64,000 nucleotides of DNA from Eledone cirrhosa. Taxonomy: Eukaryota. The translations under genes and the position numbers were made by a program. The stretch covers positions 28,148,001 to 28,212,000 of the forward strand of contig OZ024745.1 in the NCBI GenBank assembly GCA_964016885.1, read 5' to 3'. Below, in pieces: positions 41,080 to 55,657 of the stretch. Position 1 is the stretch's first letter. The number at the start of each line of letters is the position of its first letter. The notes below the pieces were generated by a model. It had not been told where the DNA came from. It did not search any database and worked only from the letters and a program-made list of their open reading frames with translations.

Positions 41080-42338
41080 CAAAGTGGTATCAAAAGTTCC
41101 CGGACTAGTTATGTTTAAAAAAAACTGATATATTTACATAAATTTTAACATCATCTCCTTCGAAATAATCACCTTACACAGCAATACACTGGTCCCAGCA
41201 TTCCTGCAACTTTTGGAATCTGACCTGAAAGTTGTTTTCTGTAAGTGAGTCGAGGACCTTCTGCAATTTGCTCTGGATCTTGGCAACATTGTTAAAACGG
41301 TGACCTTTGAACTGCATTTTCACCTTGGAGAAGAGATGGAAGTCCGCAGATGCTAAATCTGGCAAATAGGGTGTGTACAAAAGTGATACGTTTTTTTTGT
41401 GAGAAACTCACAAGAAAGGAGAGCTTGGTGACAGGGTGCATTGTCATAAAGAATCCAATTCTTCGCACTCCACAGATCCAGTCACTTTCACCAAATGTCC
41501 TTCCTCATATGCCTCAAAACATTGCAGTAGAACTCTCGATTGATGGTCTGACCCTGAGGGATGAATTCTCAATGCAAAACTGCGGTTGTCAAAAAAAAAA
41601 ACAATGAGCATGCTCTTGATTGAACTGCGGCTCTGTCGTGCCTTCTTTAGTCATGGAAATGATGGGCTTTTCCACGGTGTCAACTGTTGCTTTGTCTCAG
41701 GGTTGTACCTGTAGACCCGACTCTCATTACCAGAGATGATCTGCGACATAAAGGATGGGTCATCAGTGGCATACTGATGGAGATCTTGACAGACTTCGAC
41801 AATGTTCTTTCTACCCAATGGTCAGCAGGTTGGGGAAAAACTTGGCAGTGACATGCTGCATCTTCAATTCAAATGTTAGGATTGCCTGCATGGACCCATA
41901 CAAGAGACCAACAGCATCAGTAATATCGTTGATTGTCCTTCAACGATCCTCATGCACAAGCTGATTAATTTTTTTCACATTTCCCACTAGGGGTGACGCC
42001 CGTGGCAAGTCTTCCAGATCGCTCGTCATCTTCCAGGGACGTTCTTCCACTTTTGAAGTGCCCGTGCCACTCAAAACATTACGTATGATCCATTGCCAAC
42101 GTATGCTCAATGTCTCTGTAGCAGACTTCCCAAGTTGAACACAAAATTTCACATGGTTCTTTGTTCCAACTTCCTGTTAATGACAAAATCACAGGCTACA
42201 GCATACACATGCTCACAAATTTTACAACTTGCGAAGTGAACACAGCAATGTCACTCGTTCTCACTGCACACGGGACCATGTGTTGCCATCTGTTGGCAGG
42301 CTACAGAACTAGTCCAGGAACTTTTTGATACCATCTCA
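41080..42338 (-). mobile_element. Mariner-family DNA transposon, decayed transposase, both TIRs present
   Basis: TIRs GTGGTATCAAAAGTTCCCGGACTAGT and ACTAGTCCAGGAACTTTTTGATACCA. Motifs MKFCVQLGKSATET and PYLPDLASADFHLF (YSPDLAPxD). Length about 1.26 kb. Confidence 0.9.
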
Positions 42339-43375
42339 TCTATATATAAATAAAGTTATAGTTCCTGTCTGTTTGTTTGTTTGTTCAGGAACTCCTCCTA
42401 TGGTTTGGGAAATAGACCCCCATAACTATATATATTCTGAAACTATATTGCCCAGGGTACTTGGATAAGTATATTTCATTTTAATCAAAGGGTTCCCCTG
42501 GGGCACAAACTCCCGCTGAAAATTTTTTCCCTTCGATTTATATGAAATTTAAACCATAGGTAAATGACAAGATATGATGCCTATTCACAATATTTCAGCA
42601 AATTTCGATAATATTAAGACACCCTAATGGGGGTTAAACCCCTTATAGTAAAAATTTGGGCCAATAAATGGAACAAAATGTTTTGTAACAAGGTTGCATG
42701 AGAACTTGATTGAAGCAACCATTATATTCAGGGCTTACAAAGATCAAGCTGTTCTCATTCCAAGGATTACACTTATATCAAGTGATAGCGAGTTGCCTTT
42801 TACATTTAAGAGGCTGCAGTTCCCAGTGAGGCCATGCTTTGCCATGAGTGTCAATAAGAATCAAAGTCAAACTTTCAAAACTATTGGTATAGATCTGACA
42901 AACCCATGTTTCAGTCATGGCATGTTTTATGTGGCTGTTTCAAGGACTGGAACTTCAAAAAATCTCTGCATTTTAGCCAATCAAAGAAAGACAAGAAATG
43001 TTGTTTACCTTGAAGTTCTTCACTAGGACAAAGTATGAAATATATTTTCATGTATTTATTATGTTAAAAAATAAATAAATAAACTTTGAATTTCTAATTT
43101 GAAAATAATGCTTTACACAAAGATGAAATGATCAAGTTTTGAATTGATATTTTGAAAAAATGATTTACAAGAAACAAAATAAGAAGATTTAATAATGTAA
43201 TTTTGATTTATATATTGCAAAAAATGTTTTCCAATTTTTCATGCATTATATTTTACATTGAGTAATATGGAAATGCAGAGTTTTTCTCCATAAATTATCA
43301 CTGATTTAAAATCAATCATCATTTTCTTACAAAAAAAATGTGTGAAACGCAGCAAGGTGCGGGTAATTCAGCTAG
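42339..43375 (+). mobile_element. Non-autonomous Helitron retaining a PIF1-helicase C-terminal fragment (about 42655-43026)
   Basis: 5' TC, a 3' hairpin CGCAGCAAGGTGCG followed by CTAG, and an A|T insertion site. Encodes FKRLQFPVRPCFAMSVNK...CFSHGMFYVAVSR...TRNVVY. Confidence 0.92.
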
Positions 43376-43385
43376 TATATATATT

Positions 43386-43415
<30 letters not shown>

Positions 43416-43416
<1 letters not shown>

Positions 43417-46410
43417 CATCATATGTCCGCTTTTCCCTGCTTGCAACGGTGGGACGGGTCCTATTCAGCACAGCATCTCTCCACTTATCATGGTCCTTCG
43501 TCATCTCCACTGTGAGCTTCAGCGATCTGAGGTCTGTTCTCACCACCTCCGCCCATGTTTTTCGTGGTCTACCTCTACCACATCTTCCTTCAACTGGCCT
43601 TTCCTGGCACTTCTTCACCCATCGGTCATCCTCCATGCGCATCACATGTCCATACCATCGCAGTCTCCTCTCTCGCACACTACAATCTATCCCTCTCAAC
43701 ACATCCATGACATTGCACATCCAACAGAGCATGTTTGCCTCATTTCTCTCCAGCCTGCCCATGTCTCACTACCATGCAGCATCGCGCTCCTCGCACAGGA
43801 TTCATATAACCGGTCTTTCGTACACAGGGAGAAACCCTTCTTCAGCAGAGGAAGCAGCTCCCTAAACTTCTTCCAACCCGTCCTTATTCTAGATACTATA
43901 GCCCCAGAACACCCTCCTCCCATGGTAATCTGATTTCCTAGGTACCGGAAGCTATCAACCACTTCTATAGCACCCACCTCCATTTGAAAAATGTGTCTAT
44001 CAATGCGACTTCTACTGTCTAATTTCCCTGTACATCTACTGCATACGTATTTCTCCCTACCTGTTAGTTTGCCTGCTATCCCACTACATCTCTTGTGTAC
44101 CCAAGATCTGCATTGTGTGCATTTTATAGAATTTATGCCAGTTCCTTTTCTGCATATCGAACATGGCCATTTCCCTGTCGGAATCAGAGTTTTGTCCTCT
44201 TTTCTACTCATCAACACTTTTGTCTTAGCTAGGTTCACTCTCAGTCCTCTTGATTCCAACTGCTGTTTCCATAGCCAGAATTTATTCTCTAGCTCCTCTA
44301 CTGATTCTGCTATAAGAACCAGATCGTCAGCATAGAGAAGTTCCCATGGACAGCCAGTCTTAAACTCCTCTTTTATGGCTTGGAGGACTATAATGAACAA
44401 GAGCGGGCTGAGGACCGAACCTTGATGTACTACTACTTGTATCTGGAATTCCTCACTAAACTCCATTCCTACCCTGACTTTACTGAGAGTATCTCTGTAC
44501 AAAGTTTGCACTGTCCTCACAAGCCATTCCTCAACACCTAGTTTCCTTAGGGACCACCAGATGACAGATCGGGGTACCCTATCAAAGGCCTTCTCTAGGT
44601 CAACAAAAGCTAAGTGTAGTGGCTTATTCTTCTCTAAGAACCTCTCTTGTAATTGTCTCACCTAGAAGAGGGCATCTGTTGTACTTTTCCCAGGCACAAA
44701 ACCAAACTGCATCTCATCTAGTTTGACCCTTTCTCTAATTAGTTGTGCTAATATCCTTTCTGCCACTTTCATAACTTGATCTATCAGTTTTATACCCCTA
44801 TAATTGCTCCTCTCCAGAGCATCCCCTTTACCTTTGTAGCAATTTATGAGAATACTGCTGCACCAGTCTTTGGGTATGACACCACCATATATAGCCTGAT
44901 TGATGATGCGTGCAACCAGTTTAGTGCCCACGTCCCCTGATGCCTTCAGCATCTCAGCAACTATTCCCGATGGTCCAGCAGCCTTACTATTTTTCATTTC
45001 CCTAATCGCCTCTTGGACCCTATATTCGTCAATCTCAATAGCTGGTCCCTCTGTCGGATCTACTAAGGGTAATTTCTCTCTCTCCCATTAGTTCTCCACA
45101 TTCATCAGTCTCTCATAATGACATTTCCAGGCCTCCTTTTTCTGATCATTCGTGACGCTAAGTACACCGGCATCATCCCGGACACATTTATCTCCAACAA
45201 CATCCTGATTTGCATTGACACACTGCCTTGCAATGTGGAACACCGCTCGCCTCTGATCTTCCCGTCGCAGAACATTGGCAAACCTCCTACTCTCCGCCTC
45301 CCTGCGTGCTAAGTACACCTGACATCTAGCTTCTCTCTTAGTGGCTGTATATTCTTCCCTACTCCCACCCTTTTTCCAAGCCTTCCATGCTAGTCTTTTG
45401 TCTCTAATGGCCTTATCTAATGTGCTGTTCCACCACCAGGTCACTCTCTGTCTGGTTGGAGCTCTGCTCCAGCCACAAGTTTCATCAGTAGCCTGCAGCA
45501 AGTTGTCACGTAAGAAATTCCAGTTATTATCTATGTCATACGTCTCTAAATTGTCTTCTTTTTCGTCATATACATCTTGAAGGGCTTTCCTAAATTTGTA
45601 GTTTAGTGAAAGGTCATTTAGCTTCCAGCCCTTTCTTCTCCACACCTTCCTATATGTCTCATTCCATCTCTTGCTTACTGAGATATCACTAACGACTAAC
45701 CTATGCTGTGGGGTATATTCTTTCCCAGGGTATGCCTTGGTATTAGACACTATCTGCCTGTCCCGCTGCCTAACTAGTAAGAAGTCAATCTGGCTTATGT
45801 GCTCACCAGATTTGTAGGTTATTAGGTGATTGGCAGGTTTCTGGAAGTTTGTGTTGCAAATAGTCAATGTACCCGCATCACAAAATTCAAGAAGTCTCAC
45901 TTCTTCATTTCTTGAGCCGTAACCGTGCCCACCATGTACCCCAGTGTAACCATCCTGGAGCTGTCCAACATGACCATTGAAGTCTCCTGCTAGCATAACG
46001 ATGTCTCCGTCCTCTGTCATTGTGGTTGTTTGTAAAAGTTGCTCGTAAAAGCAGTCTTTCTCATCTTTGCCTAGGCCTGCTTGGGGAGCATAGGCTGAGA
46101 TGATTGTCAGTAGTCTCCTGCCTACAACTAATCTAAGCTTAATTATTTGATTACTAACTCGAACTACCTCTATTGTCTTATTGATCCATTTCTCAGCCAG
46201 GAAAATGCCTACTCCCCCTAACCCATCATCCTTATCTATCCAGAATAGCTTATAGCTAAGACGTTTGCCTACGACTAGTCTCGCAGAGGCACCTCTCCAT
46301 CTCACCTCTTGCACGAGCACACATCCACCTGCCTTCTCTCCAGCATCTCCACTATTTCAGCAGATCTACCTCTGAGAGTGCCAACATTAAGTGTTGCAAC
46401 TCTGAGATGC
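43416..46410 (-). mobile_element. RTE-type LINE (APE + RT + PHD-like finger), disrupted by frameshifts
   Basis: APE motifs QEVRWRG and GDFNGHVG; RT motifs FVDLEKAFDRV, HQGSVLSPLLF, YADD and FRYLG; C-terminal [11 protein letters not shown]...GRPRKTW. Confidence 0.95.
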
Positions 46411-46766
46411 GACGTCTTCATATTTTGTTGTTGTTCTTATTAGTTGCTGTGCTGATAAGCGTTTTGACATTGATACACTGGTTGGATGCCCTTCCTAACA
46501 CCAGCACCACTTTACAGCATGGACTGGGTGCTTTTATTTGTGCCACCAGCACTAGAGAGGATGTCTTACTAGACTCAAGGGCCCTCTCTACCCCTCCATT
46601 TTACAGCATGCTCATTAAAAAAAAAAAAAAGTCTTATTGACTCAACACACACACACACTCACACACCAACAGTCATGCATACAAACCACAAACACACACA
46701 CGCCACTCACATACCAACACTCATTCATGCATACAAACACACACACCACTCACAAACACACACATA

Positions 46767-49700
46767 TCATCATCATCATCGTCGTCTAACGTCCATGTTC
46801 CACGCTTGCATGGGTTTGGACGGGAGTTTTCCCACTTGAGGCAAGAGTGGTTGTCTTGCTCGCATAGGACTGTCTGGCGGGTTTTCTACAGCTGGATGCC
46901 CTTCCTAACACCAACCACATTTACAGTGTGGGACTGGGAGGTTTTTACCGTGTTGCCTACACGGCCACATTACAGCGTGGACTGTGTGTTTTTTTTTGTC
47001 GTGACACCTACACGATCTCATTTGTTTCGGCCTGGATGTTGTGGTACCAACATAACTTTACATTGAAAGGGGCGGTGTGGATGGGGGGGGGGGGGGGTAT
47101 TTTGTTAGAGATGCCTACTGACTGTAGTAGATTTTACTTTGTATTTAGGTAAGGCGGGTCTTCTCTATTACTGAGTACCGCCAGAGATCTCGGTCCAGTG
47201 ACATTGTCTTGGAGAGGTGTAAGTGTGTGAGGTCGGAATTTATCAGGTCGTCCCAGGTTTTTCTGGATCTGCCTACTCCGTGGCTACCATCTATCTTTAT
47301 TGCCCTGCACTTTTTTATACAGCTGTCGTCTTTCATGCGCATCACGTGACCATACCAACGTAGCCTTCTCTCGAGTAAACAACATCTGATCCCTCTTATT
47401 TCTAATTTTTCCCTTAGTCCGTTTATGCTGTTCGTATATTACTATTACACATCCAGCGGAGCATACAAGCTTCGTTCCTCTCTAGTCTGCGTATATCCTC
47501 TGCACACAATGCCCAGGTCTCACTGCCATGCAACATTGCTGTTCGTATGCAAGCATCATACAGCCTGCCTTTCATTTTTAGGGAGAACCCTTTAGCGGCT
47601 AATAGTAGTATAAGCTCTCTGAACTTTTTCCATCCAATTCTGACTCTAGCTACTGTACTTTCAGAGCACCCTCCCACACTGCTGATTTTGTCACCCAGGT
47701 AACGGAAGCTGTCCACTATTTCCATAGAACCATCTGCGCAATTGAAAGAGCTAGTATTTTGTGGGCACTTGCTGCTACTTATTGCACCAGAGCACCAGCC
47801 ACAAGTAAAATCTATGTTCTTAGTTAGCTTACCTGTGATCCCACTACATCTTTTATGCACCCATACTTTGCATTTGGGCCATAAAATGGAGTTTCTACCT
47901 ACGCCTTTCCTACACACTGAGCATGGCCATTTCCCGGAAGGGACCGGCGCCTTATTTTCTTTCCTACAAACTAGAACTTTAGTCTTAGCCAGGTTAATTT
48001 TAAGGCCTTTTGATTCTAGGCTGTGCTTCCATGTTTGGAATTTCTTCTCTAGCTCGGCCATTGATTCAGCTATGAGCGTTAGATCATCTGCGTATAGGAG
48101 TTCCCATGGGCAGCCGGTCTTGAACTCCACTGTTATAGCCTGAAGGGCAATAATAAATAGTAGGGGGCTAAGAACAGAGCCCTGATGAACACCAACTTTT
48201 ACGCTAAACTCTTCACTATATTCGTTGTTAATTCTAACCTTGCTGACTGTTTCTTTATACATGGCTTGTATAGCTCTCACAAGCCATTCATCAACACCTA
48301 GTTTTCTAAGAGCCCACCAGATAATGGAACGGGGGACTCTGTTGAAGGCTTTCTCCAAGTCGACAAAAGCTAAGTATAGGGGTTTACTTTTAGCTAGGTA
48401 CTTCTCCTGTAGTTGTCGTACAATGAAAAGAGCGTCTGTGGTGCTTTTGCCTGACACAAACCCGAACTGCATTTCATCTAGATCAATTCTCTCTCTGATT
48501 AGTTGCGCTATTACTTTTTCCGTGACCTTCATGACCTTGTCGATTAATTTAATGCCTCTATAGTTACTCCTATCTAGGGCATCTCCTTTACCCTTGTAAC
48601 AGTTAATGATGCTGCTACGCCAGTCCTTCGGAACAACCCCATTCTGTATGACTTGGTTTACTATCCGGGTGACCATGGTGTGTCCCACCGTTCCAGAGGC
48701 TTTCAGCATCTCAGCAACTATTTCCGAAGGCCCAGCCGCCTTCATATCTTTGATTGCCTTACTTATTATACTACCTTCGACTAACACTGCTGGTCCCTCT
48801 ATTGGGTCGATGTGGGGGAGACTGTCTTTCTTCCATTTATTCTCCTCATTTAGTAGCCTTTCGTAGTGACACTTCCAAGCTACCTTCTTATCAGCGTCAG
48901 TGATGGCAAGTACGCCATCATCATTAAGTACACACTTCTCTCCGACAATATCACGGTTTTCCTTGACACATTGCCTAGCAATCCTGAACACCTCACGTTT
49001 TTGGTCTTCGCGTTGTAGAACATGCTTGAACTTTCTTTCCTCTGCTTCCCTTCTTGCGAAGTACACTTGTCTCCTAGCTTCCCTCCTGGCCACTTGATAG
49101 TCTTCTCTACTTCCCCCATCCCGCCATACTTTCCAAGCCTGCTTTTTGGCCTTAATTGACCCCTCCACCTTACTGTTCCACCACCATGTTACTCTCCTCC
49201 TGCCTACAGGCCTGCTCCAGCCACAGACTTCGTCAGCCGCCATCAGCAGGTTTGCTTTCAGGAATTCCCACTGTTCCTCTATATTGTACGACTCTAATTG
49301 CTCTTCCTTACTGTCGAAAGCATCAAGTAATATACTTTGAAATTTATTTTTGGCTGTGGGGTCCTTTAGCTTCCAAATTTTTCTCCTGAGGATAGTCCTC
49401 TTCTGCTGTCTAGTACGTCTCGTCCTGACTATGAGGTCGCTAATTATCAGTCTATGTTGGGAGGTGCATTCTTCATGGGGGAGGGATTTAGTGTTTACAA
49501 CAGACACTCTGTCACGTCTTCTGGTAAGGATATAATCTACCTGGCTGGTATGTTCCCCTGATCTGTAGGTGATCAAGTGATTGTCTCGTTTTTTGAAGTT
49601 AGTGTTACAGATAGTTAGGTTATTTGCATCACAGAATTCCAGGATTCTGGAGCCTTCCTCGTTTCTAGTACCAAACCCATAGCCTCCGTGGATTCCGTCA

Positions 49701-50200
49701 TAGCCGTCACAATGTTGTCCAACGAGGCCATTTAGGTCGCCAGCAATAATTATATAGTCACTGTCGGTTATTTGGGAGGTAGTGAGCATCATTGTCTCAT
49801 AGAATCTGTCTTTTATAGCGCCAGGCAGTCCGGATTGGGGCGCGTATGCAGATATCACTGTCACAGTAGTTCTATTTAGAACAAGTCTTATTTTAATTAT
49901 TCTGTCATTCACTCTATTTACATCTATTATCTTATCCACCCATTTTTCTGCTAACATGATTCCTACCCCACCCATCCCATTGTCATTTCCCACCCAGAAA
50001 AGCTTATAGCAACGTTTTTTACCCACAATGAATCTAGCAGACCCGCCCCTCCACCTGGTCTCTTGGATACAGCAAACATCAACCTCCTTACGTTCAAGCA
50101 TTTCTACAACCTCGTTAGAGCGGCCTTTTAAGGTGCCTACATTCATGGTACCAACTCTGAAGTTTTGGATTGTGAGGAGGGGGCCTTGCCCTTTCGTCAT
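46767..50200 (-). mobile_element. Near-intact RTE-type LINE with 3' UTR and (GAT)n tail
   Basis: A 925-aa ORF continues after a frameshift to the stop at 47145. The 3' UTR runs to a (CAT)n tract at about 46767-46785, and the 5' end abuts (TA)n. Confidence 0.96.
47423..50200 (-). CDS. RTE-type LINE ORF: APE endonuclease, reverse transcriptase and inserted PHD-like finger (C-terminus frameshifted)
   Basis: Motifs GTMNVGTL, CIQETRW, GDLNG, QVDYIL, SQHRL, FVDLEKAFNRV, GVHQGSVLSPLLF, YADD and FRYLG. Confidence 0.9.
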   Translation of the reverse strand: MTKGQGPLLTIQNFRVGTMNVGTLKGRSNEVVEMLERKEVDVCCIQETRWRGGSARFIVGKKRCYKLFWVGNDNGMGGVGIMLAEKWVDKIIDVNRVNDRIIKIRLVLNRTTVTVISAYAPQSGLPGAIKDRFYETMMLTTSQITDSDYIIIAGDLNGLVGQHCDGYDGIHGGYGFGTRNEEGSRILEFCDANNLTICNTNFKKRDNHLITYRSGEHTSQVDYILTRRRDRVSVVNTKSLPHEECTSQHRLIISDLIVRTRRTRQQKRTILRRKIWKLKDPTAKNKFQSILLDAFDSKEEQLESYNIEEQWEFLKANLLMAADEVCGWSRPVGRRRVTWWWNSKVEGSIKAKKQAWKVWRDGGSREDYQVARREARRQVYFARREAEERKFKHVLQREDQKREVFRIARQCVKENRDIVGEKCVLNDDGVLAITDADKKVAWKCHYERLLNEENKWKKDSLPHIDPIEGPAVLVEGSIISKAIKDMKAAGPSEIVAEMLKASGTVGHTMVTRIVNQVIQNGVVPKDWRSSIINCYKGKGDALDRSNYRGIKLIDKVMKVTEKVIAQLIRERIDLDEMQFGFVSGKSTTDALFIVRQLQEKYLAKSKPLYLAFVDLEKAFNRVPRSIIWWALRKLGVDEWLVRAIQAMYKETVSKVRINNEYSEEFSVKVGVHQGSVLSPLLFIIALQAITVEFKTGCPWELLYADDLTLIAESMAELEKKFQTWKHSLESKGLKINLAKTKVLVCRKENKAPVPSGKWPCSVCRKGVGRNSILWPKCKVWVHKRCSGITGKLTKNIDFTCGWCSGAISSSKCPQNTSSFNCADGSMEIVDSFRYLGDKISSVGGCSESTVARVRIGWKKFRELILLLAAKGFSLKMKGRLYDACIRTAMLHGSETWALCAEDIRRLERNEACMLRWMCNSNIRTA

Positions 50201-50294
50201 ATATATATATATATTACCGGCAGTACTGATACAAATACAAAATCAAAATCATGTCAACTGTTGACTTTTCCCAGTCCAGTTCAGTTTTTATATA

Positions 50295-50525
50295 ATAATA
50301 ATAATAATAATTGTTTGCTTTACGCTGGTAATGGTGGTGGTGGTGGTGAATGGTGGTGGATGGTGTCAGTATGGTGATGGTGGTGGTGGTGGATGGTCAG
50401 TGATGGTGGTGGCAGTTGTTGTTGCTGTAGTTGTTATTGTAGTTGCTGTTGTTGTTGCTGCTGCTGCTGCCATTGTTGTTGTTCTTCATTTCACTGATGC
50501 TGCAGACAATGGTGTTGATGCTGTT
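50295..50525. repeat. Compound trinucleotide low-complexity tract (AAT/GGT/GTT/GCT)
   Basis: Direct inspection. Confidence 0.85.
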
Positions 50526-50672
50526 ATATATATATATTTATTTATATATATATATATATATATTTATTTATATATATATATATATATATTTATTTATATA
50601 TATATATATATATATTTATTTATATATATATATATTTATTTATATATATATATATTTATTTATATATATATA

Positions 50673-51544
50673 CCAGGTGACCGAATTAGCAACGGAGGTG
50701 GGTGTTCAGAAAGTACAATAACTAGGGTAAGAACGGGATGGAAGAAGTTTAGGGAACTACTACCACTGCTAGCTGCAAAAGGCTTCTCCCTCAGAATGAA
50801 AGGCAGACTGTATGATGCGTGTATCCGAACAGCGATGTTGCATGGTAGTGAGACCTGGGCACTGAAGGTGGAAGACTTACGTAGATTAGAGAGAAACGAA
50901 GCCTGCATGCTCCGATGGATGTGTAACAGTAATATACGTGAACGACAAAGCATAAATGAATTGAGAGAGAGACTGAGCATAAGAGGAATCAAATGCTGTG
51001 TGCAGGAGAGGCGGTTGCGCTGGTATGGACATGTGATGCGTATGAAGGATGACAGCTGCATAAAAAGGTGCAGAGCACTAGAAGTTGATGGAAACCGCGG
51101 AGTGGGGAGACCCAAGATGACCTGGGATGAGGTGATAAAAGCCGACCTTACCCAATTACACCTCTCAAAGACAATGACACACGACCGTGACTTCTGGCGT
51201 CACGCAGTAATACAGAGTACCCGACCTCCCATGGGTACATGCTGAAGCATATAAACAATATGCCCCCACACACCCCACCGCAAGGTGGTCGTGGAGGTGC
51301 CACGGCAAAAAAGCACCCAACCCACACTGCAAAGTGGACGTGTAGGCGCCACGAAAAAGCACCCAGCACTCACTGTAAATGAGGTTGGGGTTAGGAAGGG
51401 CATCCAGCTGTAGAAATCAAGCCAGATCAGTTCCTGTATGAGCAAGGCATGGTCAGCCGACCAGACACTGCACACAACAGGACAACCCGTCTAACCCATG
51501 CTAGCGTGGAAGAACGGACGTAAAACGGTGATGATGATGATGAT
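50673..51544 (+). mobile_element. 5'-truncated RTE-type LINE with 3' UTR and (GAT)n tail
   Basis: Reads [12 protein letters not shown]...[15 protein letters not shown]...GRPKMTW with the stop at 51245. The tail is GATGATGAT and both flanks are TA-rich microsatellite. Confidence 0.93.
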
Positions 51545-51546
51545 AC

Positions 51547-51622
<76 letters not shown>

Positions 51623-51648
51623 GTATATATATATATATATATACATAT

Positions 51649-52536
51649 AAATACTAGCTCTTTCAATTGCGCAGATGGTTCTATGGAAATAGTGGACAGC
51701 TTCCGTTACCTGGGTGACAAAATCAGCAGTGTGGGAGGGTGCTCTGAAAGTACAGTAGCTAGAGTCAGAATTGGATGGAAAAAGTTCAGAGAGCTTATAC
51801 TACTATTAGCCGCTAAAGGGTTCTCCCTAAAAATGAAAGGCAGGTTGTACGATGCCTGCATACGAACAGCAATGTTGCATGGCAGTGAGACCTGGGCATT
51901 GTGTGCAGAGGATATACGCAGACTAGAGAGAAACGAAGCTTGCATGCTCCGCTGGATGTGTAATAGTAATATACGTGAACGACAAAGCATAAACGAACTA
52001 AGGAAAAAATTAGAAATAAGAGGGATCAGATGTTGTTTACTAGAGAGAAGGCTACGTTGGTATGGTCACGTGATGCGCATGAAGGACGATAAAGATAGAC
52101 GGTAGCCACGGAATAAGCAGACACAGAAAAACCTGGGACGAGCTGATAAACTCCGACCTCACACACTTACACCTCACCAAGACAATGTCACTGGACCGAG
52201 ACCTTTGGCGGTACTCAGTAATAGAGAAGACCCGCCTTACCTAAATACAAAGTAAAACCTACTACAGTCAGTAGGCATCTCTAACAAAATACACCCCCGT
52301 CCCACCACCCCCACCCCATCCACACCGCCCCCTTCAATGTAAAGTTATGTTGGTGCCACAACATCCAGGCCAAAACAAATGAGATCGTGTAGGTGTCACG
52401 ACAAAAAAACACAGTCCACACTGTAATGTGGCCGTGTAGGCAACACGGTAAAAACCTCCCAGACCCACACTGTAAATGTGGTTGGTGTTAGGAAGGGCAT
52501 CCAACTGTAGAAAACCTGCCAGACAGTCCTATGCGA
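51649..52536 (+). mobile_element. RTE-type fragment, an inverted near-copy of 46860-47759
   Basis: The peptide [19 protein letters not shown]...CNSNIR is identical and the 3' UTR is colinear. It lacks the last 90 bp or so and the tail. Confidence 0.93.
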
Positions 52537-52563
52537 CAGTCCTATGAAGCATTGTGAAATGTG

Positions 52564-52727
52564 TAAAATACGTAGTTAAGAAAGCCACAACAATGCAGAG
52601 GGAAATCTCGAGGTAGGAAGTGAATGATAGATAGGAGAAACAGGTGAAAGTTACTCCTATCTATCATTCACTTCCTACCTCGAGATTTCCCTCTGCATTG
52701 TTGTGGCTTTCTTAACTACGTATTTTA
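52564..52727. repeat. Fold-back palindrome with 74-bp arms and a hammerhead-like 3' half in the loop
   Basis: 52564-52637 pairs with 52654-52727. The loop is AAACAGGTGAAAGTTA, followed by CTC. (TA)n follows. Confidence 0.93.
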
Positions 52728-52737
52728 TATATATATA

Positions 52738-52803
<66 letters not shown>

Positions 52804-53298
52804 ATTAAATAAATGGAAACTATATTTATAAAACCATATTTATTTCATTATATATATTTCAGGGATATCATATTAACAATATGCTATGCCTTCCTCAGAC
52901 AAAATACAATATAAACAGTTTTATAGATAAATAGATTCGACATACCGTAATAACATCGACTTGCATTTGAAGAGGTTGATATGGCAGTGAAAAAATTGTA
53001 CACACAGAGAAAGAAAGAGAGAAAAAGAAAGAAAGACAGAAAACGAAGAAAAAGAAGAAATGCATGGAACAAAATAGAGAGATGGAAAGATAGATAAAGA
53101 GAAGAACTTCATGTAAAGAAACAGAAAGATATATATATATAGAGAGAGAGAGGAAATAGAGATAGATACATATATATATAGAAAATTAGGTAGTGGGAGG
53201 TCTGTTGAGTAAATATACTCCAAATATTTGTCGAGTGCTTTTATATCAGTTATAAATATTTACTAGTTGTAACCCAACAATTTTAAATATAACTTTTC

Positions 53299-55657
<2,359 letters not shown>

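Noticed and set aside
50331-50672. Hydrophobic N-terminus fused to RT in the 304-aa ORF
   Set aside because: This is chance read-through from trinucleotide and TA repeats into a 5'-truncated LINE.
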